64,000 nt of DNA. Source: Trichosphaerium sp. ATCC 40318 (Eukaryota; Protista; Tubulinea). The position numbers and the translations under genes are program-made. This document shows, piece after piece, positions 39,320 through 50,325 of the stretch. The notes under the pieces are model-generated. The model had not been told where the DNA came from and searched no databases. It saw nothing but the letters and a program-made list of their open reading frames with translations. How positions within the stretch are numbered: position 1 is the first letter of the stretch; each line of letters starts with the position of its first letter. The stretch lies in assembly GCA_038496445.1 (NCBI GenBank), contig JALMLS010000642.1, positions 1 through 64,000 of the forward strand, in the 5' to 3' direction.

Positions 39320-40522
39320 TTAAACACTTGCATTATCGATGTCTTCAACAAGAGCGCATTTGAATCTGAATCGGCGATCACCATATGTACTGGAGTAGTA
39401 GCTACTCATACCTATGAGGAATCCTAACTTTCCTAGTCCCACATGCCTGCATGGAGTCGTTTGCGCTTCCCTTCAAAAAAAACTGTGAGAACACGTAAGT
39501 CGTTTTTGATATTGTTACCTGTAGTTACTCTGATATGTTGTCCACCATGTTGTAAGGTATTTGAACCTTGGTGTGTCATTGACAGCATAACTGTTTCTCA
39601 ACGAAGCACATTGAAAACTGAAACGGCGATCATCAGCATCTGAGTAAAAGTAGGAACGCATGCCTATTACAAAAGTGTCATGTCAGTTCTGATTAAAAGG
39701 ATAAGCAGAGGATTTTTTCATACCTGTAATCAAGTGATTGTGAGGACACGTGAATGAGAAATACTTTTTCAAATCATTAACATTGTTGAACCAAAAAGGT
39801 CGATTATGGAGGAACTTAATATTGTCACGGGTTGCCATACAATTAGGTAAGAATGCTCTATCATTAATATTTGGATCAAAAACTGAATAGAACCAGTGAA
39901 TACCTTCAGCTATTGATACACGTTGGTTAGCCACAATTAGAATATCATTATTGATAACGTACTTTCAAGCTTGCACGTCCTACTGAAGTACCTCCCAACT
40001 TGAGTGTATCCCCTAGTATCTGTATCGGCGCCAGTCATCAAGACATCTCGATTTGAAAGGGGATGCGGTGTTGGAGGGCTTGTTGGCGCTGGTGTTGGCG
40101 GTTTTGTTGGTGGAGGTGTTGGAGGTTTTGTTGGCGCCTTTGTTGGTGCTTTCGATGGTGGTGGTGTATTAGAGTTTCCTACACAAGAGCAGCCGCACAC
40201 AGCACGTTTTGAGAGATCACGTTTGAAAGGATCACCTTGTTTAACAGTTAATAAAACTCAACATTGGGTTCTTTCATAGATGATATGTATGTACCTGGTG
40301 GATCTCCAGAGCATACTGGTATTTGTCCAGGATCGCAAGATGAGAATGAAACTGGTAAACACATGTTAGATTGAACACTACAGGTACATGAACCCTAGAA
40401 CAATCCTATTGTCAGACAGATTTTTATGTTACTTCTACTATCATATGTACCGCAATTGTAGCAATCACAAATGAAGAAACGAGAATCAATACGATAGGTA
40501 TTTGAATGGGAGAAGTGGTCAT
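39320..40522 (-). CDS. Secreted dermatopontin-like protein, copy 5 (intact, six exons)
   Basis: Open after splicing: MTTSPIQIPIVLILVSSFVIATIA|GSCTCSVQSNMC...NDRAFLPNC...FSFTCPHNHLITG|MRSYFYSDADDRRFSFQCA...YGDRRFRFKCALVEDIDNASV*. Confidence 0.85.
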
Positions 40523-43044
40523 CGTTGTTTGAAATGAAGTGGTTTATATTGATTTAGTTCAATACAATTTCATGAGACGCTGACGATTCGATGTGTTCAC
40601 GTGAAATTGCAGAACAAAAGTTCACCTTTTTCCACCTTGGCTTCTCTAAAATCCGTTCATACAAGTTATATTAGGCTTAGAGATTCCATACCTAATACCC
40701 AAAATGCATCATGCATTTATAAACAAACCTCATTCAAGCGCGAAAAAAATACCCACTGATACAACTGAAAATCATGTTAGTGAACTGTTATCGTTTGTAC
40801 CATTGTTCAGTTTCAGTAAAAATGCTGACGTTGATGACAACGAACATAAATGAAACGAAGCGTTACCTAATGGATTGTGCTAACTCGCTTCTTTTTTCTT
40901 ATTGGCAGCAAAGAAATACAAAGAGCTGAGTTCAAGCTTGAACGAGTTTTTTCGAGAGGCATTCGTAGAACAACTTTCTTTCTCATAATTTTCAGAAAAT
41001 AATGGTTGCTAAAGCACTACACTTTTAAAGCAAAATTATTCGTGCTCTTGACAATAGTTTTAATGATTGAAGCTTTATATTATAGTAGCCATACATACTA
41101 TGAAATACTTACCTCAAGTATTATATTCAAGTCTAGTGATGTAGTCTACACCAACTCTAAATAATAAGTTAATTTTTTTTGATACTTTTATACATGGTGT
41201 TTAGCTAAACTATGTCAACTCATTGCACATATTTTCATTTTTGTTATTGTCACTTTGTATAGATGTAAATAGTTGTATTTAATAGCATCATTGGTCATTA
41301 TTTAAAAGTAAACTCCAATAGAGTACCTCATATGTGGAGTTTGTTACTGAGATTTCTACATGTTTTTTCTTTACCAATGAGTATGGTACAATACCACTAT
41401 ACATGGCAATAGCGTTTGTGGCAAAGCAGGCTTAAAAAAGAACATGGCTTTAACTATTAGAAGTAAATAGGTACCCAGACACTGTTCGAAAATCATTAGG
41501 GTTTTTTCAAAAAAACCGCAACTACGGAAGTGCTAGGCCTAGCAACAATAAGTGCGATGTTTTTATTGTGTTTGAGAACATGTTTTCCTTTTGCAGATAC
41601 GAAATTTGGTTGGCACTTGACATAATGATGTAGCCTTATCTAGTTCTGTGATTGTGAAAGTGACTTTAAAGACTTACACTTCAAAATAAAATCTCGTCTC
41701 GCCTCCTAAATGGAGGAGCAGCGTTTTTATGGCATGTGGTGTACGCAGTGTCAGTGTTTACACCGTCCTAGGGCAGGTTAGGGAGGGTTATTTTTTTAAT
41801 ATGGCTGGCTTACTCTGAGCAAAAAAAGCAAAAAAATTGATTGTTTACATCATAGTGCCGGAATAATATTCTTATTTTGAAACGTAACAAAGGGTCAAGA
41901 GTCTTGTAAGAAGTCGTGTAAAGTAAAGAAAGCGACCACTGGTATAGTAATTTTGCTAAATGTTTTATTTTAGGTACATTCAGAGAACACATATTAACGA
42001 CGATTAATGACATTTATTAACGATGTAGTTAAAACCAGTCATTGAATGAGAGTAAAGGCTTTGAGTGTTACATATTTTGAAGCATACATTGCGATTCTTG
42101 GTTTGCATGCGGAGGGGTGTTGTTCAAATCCACATGTAAAAGTATTGCTGAAATGTAACGATTTTGCAACGGCATCCTGCGGTGTCTATACTTTCGTTTC
42201 ATGACCGCTATGTCATTTACATGCGTCAACAGTAGCGAGAAGGCGGAGAAAGTAGATTCTGAGAAATCGCCAAAACCTTTTTTACAATGGTAGAAATCAC
42301 TATTGTTTCGGCAACTATACGAACTCTACACCACTTGAAAGGGAGAAAATATATATGGTAAAACGTTTTCACTTTCAAAATCGTTTTTGGCAGGCTTAGC
42401 TGGCCGCTAGAGACAAATCACATAAAAAAAAATTGTGTTGAATTTTAGCGAATTTTCTGATTCTGCTAGTAGTTTTTCTATTTATAAATCTAAAACACGT
42501 GAAAGGTACGCTGCCAATAGGATGTCCATAATCTAACTAGCAAAATTAGGACGTGCCCGTAAAGCAAGAAGGCTTAGCACGCACATAAACGAATACGAAG
42601 GCTATATTGCTTTTCGTAGTTGTTAACTGGTTTGATCTAACGCATTAGCCATTTACCGCGTTAGTAAGCTGTATTTTAGCATTATCAATCGATACACGTA
42701 AGTTAAACAAACGAGAGCCTTCTGGAACAAGAAGCCAACTGTGTGGTGAATAAGCTCATATTTTTTACCGCTGTCCACTTAAATCGTTTCCGGGACAACA
42801 TTTGCTGTCAATTTTTTCGACATTTTGCAAACAAAAACTCTTGCCGTTTTGGGTTTTTACTTTCGCTCAATGCCTCTTGAAACACGTACAAATATAGTCA
42901 CTCTTGGCTCTTGTGCACAAAAGGCTGTACAATGGGTAGAAATTTTTAAGTGGATGCAAACATATTCTGTTTGACAAAAATATGCCCTTGTAAGTGGTTT
43001 TCTAATGTTGGTTTTTTTTAGATTTGTTTGTTGGCGTACAAAGG

Positions 43045-44637
43045 ATGTCTTGTTCTACAAATTTACTGGATCTTCCTTGCGAAATTCAAGAGTATATTTG
43101 CACTTTTGGTATTGAAGCATTTACAAAATTTCATACGCTGAGTAAGAGAGCAGCAGTTAATACACATTACAATAAAGAATTAGAAAAGAAAGGAAAATGG
43201 ATAAGGTGGTACAAAAGTGGCAAAGTACGGGCTCATGAATATGTAAAAAATGGACTATCTGAAGCATGGTATGAAAGTGGAACACTTGAGAGCCAGTGCA
43301 ACATGGTTAATGGTAAAGCCAATGGCGAATTAAAACTGTGGTATGAAAATGGACAACTCAAAAAGCAATATGTGTATGCTGATGGTAAAATCAATGGTGA
43401 ATTCAAAGAGTGGGATGAAAATGGACAACTCAAAGAGCAGTGTGTGTATGTTGATGGTAAACTCAATGGTGAATTCAAAGAGTGGCATGAACATGGACAA
43501 CTCAAAGATCAATATGTGTGTGTTGATGATAAAATCGAGGGTGAATCCAAAGAGTGGTACAGTAACGGACAACTCAAAGATCAATGTGTGTATGTTAATG
43601 GCAAAATCAATGGCGAATTCAAAGGGTGGCATAGTAACGGACAACTCAAACAGCAGTGTGTGTATGTTAATGGTAATCTCAATGGTGAATACAAAGAGTG
43701 GCATAGTAATGGACAACTCAAAGAGCAATATGTGTATGTTAATGGTAAAATCAATGGTGAATTCAAAGAGTGGTACAGTAACGGACAACTCAAAGAGCAA
43801 TATGCGTGTGTTGATGATAAAATAGAGGGTGAATCCAAAGAGTGGTATGAAAGTGGACAACTCAAAGATCAATGCGTGTATGTTGGTGGTAAAATCAATG
43901 GCGAATTCAAAGAGTGGCATAGTAATGGACAACTCAAAGAGCAATATGTGTGTGTTGATGGTAAAATCAATGGTGAATCCAAAGAGTGGTACAGTAATGG
44001 ACAACTCAAAGAGCAATATGCGTGTGTTGATGATAAAATAGAGGGTGAATCCAAAGAGTGGTATGAAAGTGGACAACTCAAACAGCAGTGTGCGTATGTT
44101 GATGGTAAACTCAATGGTGAATTCAAAGAGTGGCATGAAAATGGACAACTCAAACGGCAACTTCAAGTAAAGGTTAAGTGTGTTGCTAATGGTAAAGCCA
44201 ATGGTGAATACAAAGAGTGGTATGAAAGTGGACAACTCAAACAGCAGTGTGTGTATGTTAATGGCAAAATCAATGGTGAATACAAAGAGTGGCATGAAAA
44301 TGGACAACTCAAAGAGCAATATGTGTATGTTAATGGTAAAGTCAATGGTGAATTCAAAGAGTGGTACAGTAACGGACAACTCAAAGAGCAATCTGTGCGT
44401 GTTGATGGTGAATTCAATGGTGAATTAAAAGAGTGGTATGAAAGTGGACAACTCAAACAGCAGTGCGTGTATGCTGGTGGTAAACTCAATGGTGATTCCA
44501 AAGAGTGGTATGATAATGGACAACTCAAACGGCAACTTCAAGTAAAGTTTAGATATGCTGATGGTAAAATCAATGGTGAATTCAAAGAGTGGGATGAAAA
44601 TGGACGACTCACAGCGAAGACTTTGTCAGGAAACTAA
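43045..44637 (+). CDS. F-box-like N-terminus plus 18 tandem MORN-variant repeats, intronless coding region
   Basis: ATG at 43045. NLLDLPCEIQEYIC F-box-like motif; repeat consensus GKINGEFKEWYSNGQLKEQCVYVD. Confidence 0.9.
   Translation: MSCSTNLLDLPCEIQEYICTFGIEAFTKFHTLSKRAAVNTHYNKELEKKGKWIRWYKSGKVRAHEYVKNGLSEAWYESGTLESQCNMVNGKANGELKLWYENGQLKKQYVYADGKINGEFKEWDENGQLKEQCVYVDGKLNGEFKEWHEHGQLKDQYVCVDDKIEGESKEWYSNGQLKDQCVYVNGKINGEFKGWHSNGQLKQQCVYVNGNLNGEYKEWHSNGQLKEQYVYVNGKINGEFKEWYSNGQLKEQYACVDDKIEGESKEWYESGQLKDQCVYVGGKINGEFKEWHSNGQLKEQYVCVDGKINGESKEWYSNGQLKEQYACVDDKIEGESKEWYESGQLKQQCAYVDGKLNGEFKEWHENGQLKRQLQVKVKCVANGKANGEYKEWYESGQLKQQCVYVNGKINGEYKEWHENGQLKEQYVYVNGKVNGEFKEWYSNGQLKEQSVRVDGEFNGELKEWYESGQLKQQCVYAGGKLNGDSKEWYDNGQLKRQLQVKFRYADGKINGEFKEWDENGRLTAKTLSGN
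43312..44634 (+). repeat. Coding tandem repeat, 72-bp unit x18 (two units extended by 12-15 bp)
   Basis: Near-invariant cores aaagagtgg and ggacaactcaaa recur every 72 nt. Units 12 and 17 share an RQLQVK insertion. Confidence 0.95.
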
Positions 44638-45474
44638 CTTCCCGCTACACAGTGGAGTCAATAACAAACCATACAATGTTAATAACATTAAAGTTTAGAT
44701 TTAGATTTTGACATATCAGCTGTTTGGCATTCTCATTTATTTCCACCAATGTGATACAAATGAAAAACATATTTGAAATGTACCTGGAGCGCACCCTATA
44801 AAACGGTTTGAAATAATCAATTTTGCGGCTAAAAGCCACTCACTGGAGTTTATGCTGAAGAGTCTAAACCTTAGTGGAATTAGTTTTGATAAGTGCAGGT
44901 GCGCTAAGCTCCATACCATGTTCAGTTTGTAGAAATGAGTGGATGGGTACTTCAGAAAAGTGTAATAACGTAACATTGTCATAGCCTATTAGTAGCGTAA
45001 AGAAGGCCTTAACGGAGTTTGATAATGTTCGACCTTGTTAGGTTTTCGGCTGTTATTCCTCTCAAAGATAATCTAATCGTGACAAATGTTTAAATTTGAA
45101 ACTGTACCCACCTCGTCAATGAAGTCTTGGTAGTGAAATAACGGCTACGACGGTACCACGACCACCACCACCTCTACAGTTGTTTCCACTACTCCTACCT
45201 TTGTTTTCACGTGGACAAAGAAATTTCTGTTGGTGCTCGTGATTGCGAGTCAGCTATGTCAGTTTTTTTTTATTGAAAGTGAAGTTAACATATCAGATAC
45301 CCCCCGTATTAAGACCATAATGATTGGAGCGATTTGACCGGGATGCATCATGCATTTTGAAAAAAGAGAAAAATAAGTGAACTATCACAATTTCACATGA
45401 CCCACGTGAATCGTCAGTTTCTCATGAAATTGTATTGAACTCTTTTAATATAAACCACTTCATTTCAAACAGCA

Positions 45475-46622
45475 ATGACCACTTATCCCATTCAAATACC
45501 TATCGTATTGATTCTCGTTTCTTCATTTGTGATTGCTACAATTGCGGTACATATGATAGTAGAAGTAACATAAAAATCTGTCTGACAACGGGATTGTTCT
45601 AGGGTTCATGTTCAATCTAACATGTGTTTACCAGTTTCATTCTCATCTTGCGATCCTGGACAAATACCAGTATGCTCTGGAGATCCACCAGGTACATACA
45701 TATCATCTATGAAAAACCCAATGTTGAGTTTTATTAACTGTTAAACAAGGTGATCCTTTCAAACGTGATCTCTCAAAACGTGCTGTATGCGGTTGCTCTT
45801 GTGTAGGAAACTCTAATACGCCACCACCATCGAAACCACCAACACCGGCGCCAACCAAACCTCCAACACCTCATCCGCTGTCAAGCGTTGATACGTTGAG
45901 AATTAATCACGGAACACGTGATAGAAGGGGATATACACAACCGGGACTGTACTTCAGCCGTACTTGCAATCCTCACAGTATGTGCACTACATGTTGATTA
46001 ACGTTTCTTTCTAACGCACGTTTCTCAACAGACCAGGGTATATTTTGGTTCTACTCATACTTGAGCGCAGTCATGAATGATAGAGCATTCTTTCCAAGTT
46101 GTTACGGAACTTTTGGAAGTGTTCATTTTCTTCACTCCGATCCGTTTTGGTTCAACAATGTTAATGATTTGAAAAAGTACTTCTCATTCACGTGTCCTCA
46201 CAATCACTTGATTACAGGTATGGAAAAATCCTCTGCTTATCCTTTTATCAGAACTGACATTGACGCTTTTGTAATAGGCATGCGTTCCTACTTTTACTCA
46301 GATGCTGATGATCGCCGTTTCAGTTTTCAATGTGCTTCGTTGAGAAACAGTTATGCTGTCAATGACACACCAAGATTCAAATACCTTACAACATGGTGGA
46401 CAACATATCAGAATGATTATAGGTAAATACGCTTCATCTTATGTATGAACATTATAATTAAACCCTTGTAGGGGTGACCAGATAACTTCATGCGTTCATG
46501 CACAAACAGGAAAGTCAGGATTTCTTATTGGTATCAGTAGCTACTACTCCAGTACATACAGTGATCGCCGATTCAGATTCAAATGTGCTCTTGTTGAAGA
46601 CATCGATAATGCAAGTTTTTAA
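45475..46622 (+). pseudogene. Secreted dermatopontin-like protein, copy 6; 11-nt deletion in exon 2, rest open
   Basis: Reads ggttcatg^ttcaatctaac where copy 5 has ggttcatg-tacctgtagtg-ttcaatctaac (near 45610). Exons 3-6 remain in frame to ...EDIDNASF*. Confidence 0.8.
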
Positions 46623-47134
46623 GGCTATCTCTCATTACTTGTTTTATCTCCGCAATAAATACAACCTTGTCAGTTGAGTAATTCTTTATTTATGAAAAAA
46701 CTTTGAATATTAGCCAATTTAGCTACTAAACTAGAAAGGCTACAGAGAAAGGGCGGTAGCTCAACAGCACGTTACAGTTACATATAACTCTTTGTATTGT
46801 GATGAGAACAGGTAGTCCCCGCTGCTAAAAAAATGGACGACCCACCAGCCCAAACCGCAATTGCGCCTTAACTTCTTTATCAAGAAAATTGTTCAGAAAA
46901 ATTTATAAAGACTCTACTTTCTTGTAAACCCACATCTTCAGTTGTCCCTCACACATGTTTGCTTCTGACTGTGACTATGACTGTTGATGTATAGTACGAG
47001 GTGTGTTTCTCAGAAACTGGCTTAAGATGGATTCACAAACGTCTGCTAACCTGTTATTTATTTGCCAATTCATAAATTGTACAATTACAGGTTTTCAAAT
47101 AGTATGTAATAGAATAAGATAAAAACAGTTCTTA

Positions 47135-49689
47135 TTACAAATCTAACGTTACTGGTTCATAGGCCATTATGCTAGAACTAGCTGAGTAAAGGGGATTCTT
47201 CGATATGAACTCAATTGCAGCTTGACGTAGCTCTGTCATGCTCTTTGCTTTATTCTTTAATCCCTAAAATGTAAATAAGAAAAAAAGAAGAAAAACAAAG
47301 TTGCCAAAAGGATTCTTAGTTAACGTACAAGATATTCTACAGCATGAGCAACAAAAGCATTTTTGTCATCTAGTTTGTCACTTTCAAGAACAAACTTGTA
47401 CATTTTGAGGCTATGATAGATAAGAAAAAACCCAGAAAAGTATTACTTCAAAAAAAAAAAAATTCAGTTGGAGCATACACAAGTGTACTATATCTAGTAT
47501 CTCGTTCTTTTATGTATGTAAGTACTTTCTCCTTTTTTACACTTATAAGATCACCTATACTTTATTACCTAACTTTTCAATACTTGTAGGTACAATAAGA
47601 ATACGTACTTGCTTCATAAACACCATTTTCAATAAAATGATTTTCTTGGTTTAGCAATGTGTCTTCCCAATTAGTCTCATTTTTTGAGATAGCTTCAAGC
47701 ACTGGGGTCATTTGGGCTATGTCTTGTATCCTTAATCCAGGGTCTTCACCCTTGTACCAACGCCACAGAGAATTTTCGGTATTAAGGCTATTCGTCATAA
47801 ACGCGAAACGAAATACATGTGCTATGATTGCCTTGAAAAAATGGTAAGAGGACATTAACTGAAGGCTAGTGGTAATACCTTCGTAAGTTTTAGGTATTAA
47901 AAGTAAAACAGATAAGTAGAATAAAGTATACATGATAACAATAGTATAAAAATAGAAATAAAATAAAAAAGAGCTCTTACAATAAATGATGCAGATTGAG
48001 GATCAAAATTTGGAACTACAGAAAGGTACTCCTTAACATAATCCATGAATGGTATATTTTTCTCAGCTTTAGCACCTTGACGCCCTACACAAGGTAATAT
48101 TAGCAATGTCTAGATCAAACAGTATGATACATACCAAGCTCTTCAGCCATCCAAAAACACTCTGAATGACTATCACGTATTCCTACCCAATCACATTTTG
48201 GAACCTCATACTACAAAGAATTAGCCACTCATACTCTTATCCTAAGTATACCTCCAATATTTTTGGACTCCTTAAAGCTCTGTTGGGACCTATAGATTCA
48301 AATTATAAGGGAAAGTATTGCTGATGCAGTACGGTTGTTTTGTATGTCAAGTTTTCCAACGTGATCACTTGTTGCCCCAATGTATCCAACAACATCATAT
48401 TTAAATGGCTGCTGTCCAAAGTTTATACTACAACACGAACCAGCTGATTGAAAACCTATGGTGGTATGGTACGCTTCTCCGTTATTAACACGCTACAAAC
48501 AGTAAACCAATGGATATCTAGTTACACAAGCAACGTACTGGAGTAGCATACAACCACTTCCCATTCTTTGTAAAGAAGAAAACATTGACTAAGAAGTCGT
48601 ATCCACACCCTATCACATCACCAACAGTATAAGGTTCCCTGTACACATACGTCCAAAGATTCTCTGAAAAACAGAAGTTAGACAACAAAAAAAACAGTAA
48701 AAATGAAAACATCTCACCGTAGTACATTCCGCCCTGTATACTAGAAACAGATCATTAGTAAATATGATGTATTAACAATATAGTGTGTACTTGTAGTATC
48801 CAAAAGAAAACTTTTCCCATCCAGGCATAGACATGCTTTTTGAGAAAGAATTAAGTGCTGCACCAATGCACATAGTCCTGAAAATAAAACTGTTACACGC
48901 AACAGACAGTGAAATCACCCTTACCCATGCCCAATCACTGTTACTTCAGAGTATGCTACTGATGCAATATTTCCTACGGGAAGTGGTTTCATAGGATGTG
49001 ATACTTGACAACTCTTTAAAGTCACAAAGTTAGTCAAAAAAACAAAAAAATAACATTAACAATACCAGAACTTGACGGTTATTATCGTTGATGCATGTAA
49101 CCTCTGTACCATCATCTGAAAATGAAAAGAAACCTTCGTGATCTTCTAGAAGGTATTTTTCAGTTACTATTTGCTTCGTATGATCACAAGGACACAAGGG
49201 CGAGTAGCATTTTTGCTACAATGCCAAAAACGAATTTCTCCGCAAAACGCTAAAAAAAGCTGTTTTGTTTTTTTTCAATGGTACCTTCTTTTAACAGTTT
49301 CAGTTTATTAGCGTGTAACTGAAGTGGGTATCGTTCCATAAAGAGTTCTTTCCAGGTCATTCCTTTTGGAAGAGTCTTAACCCATTTATAACCGCTACAA
49401 ATAGTGCCCTATACAGTAAACAAGCGTATGAGTATATTTAGATGCCGTAAAACAGTTGTACCCACAGAGAATCAGCATTGTACAGCTTATTCCATTTCTT
49501 AGATACGAACGGCACCAAAACTACTTCTTTTAGCGTTGAATATGAATAAAACGACGTGTACAAATATCACTGAGCTGATTTAACGTAAATATCATGTGTG
49601 CAATCTAAAAGAAGTTAAAAATGAATTAACGAGCGTTTAACGGCGACCTCCTGCGGAACTTGAGAAATATAATTGGTTTCTGGCTCCAT
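47135..49689 (-). CDS. F-box plus SPRY domain protein with helical C-terminal region, multi-exon
   Basis: ISQVPQE|IAHMIF...STLKEVVLVPFVSKKWNKL...LW F-box; SPRY motifs MPGWEKFSFGY, PYTVGDVIGCGYD...FFFTKNG, INFGQQPFKYD. Confidence 0.85.
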
Positions 49690-50325
49690 CGTCGTTTTTC
49701 GTGCTGACTTTTGGCTTAATAGACTTTTTCTTAAGTGCGCCTACTTTGCATAATTTCCAAATCAAGTTCAGTGGAAGTTATGCTCTTGAAGGAGTTCAAT
49801 TGCATTTCTTGTGATCAACATAAGTGAGGTGTAAGGTTTAAGAGATAACGTAGCCGAGATTAGGAGCGTTACATGAGGATGGAATACCTATCGCCGATGG
49901 TGGTGAACAGCACTGGTACCAATTGCATTACTACTTTTTGGAGCAGTTTATCGACATAGAATAGTTGTAATTGAACCACACTACTTTTCCTGTCAGCGTG
50001 TTTGTGATTCTAGTGACTATTCAACGCAAGTGTATATGAGATTGAATTTCACTTACGTATAAAGTCATTGGCTAGTGTATAGTAGATTTAACTAGTACCA
50101 AGTGACAGAGAATTGAATGCAGTGTGATTCCATGCCATTCTTGTAGCTTGATATGCTTTCTGTGTAGAGGTTGCTGAAGTTCAACAAGACAGCTCCTGAG
50201 TATAAAAAGTTAATCGGACTTCAGGGTACGTATAAGTGATTTGGAGCAAAGACTATCTTTAACAAAGATATTTATTTACAAAGTTGGTTTTCTTTTCTTT
50301 TTTGATTTTTCTTTTTTTTCTTTCT

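Larger units (their letters stand above)
39288..46660. repeat. Inverted duplication: arms about 39288-40720 and 45340-46660 around a spacer of about 4.6 kb
   Basis: Promoter, exons 1-3, introns 1, 2 and 4, exon 5 and the 3' UTR are near-identical between arms in opposite orientation (for example catgaaattgtattgaact and cattacttgttttatctccgcaataaata). Confidence 0.9.

Noticed and set aside
41768-41792. TTAGGG-containing G-rich patch, with a similar 11-mer in reverse near 14850
   Set aside because: Single unit, not a telomeric array; too short to separate from chance.
43233-44528. Long antisense and alternate-frame ORFs (for example 43330-44391, 353 aa)
   Set aside because: Shadows of the tandem repeat, which lacks stops in those frames.
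43312-44634. Diversity-generating retroelement or CRISPR array as the explanation for the 72-bp repeats
   Set aside because: Several variable codons differ at adenine positions, but A-rich cores are nearly invariant. There is no reverse transcriptase, template repeat, unique spacers or cas genes, and the array is an in-frame coding repeat in a eukaryote.
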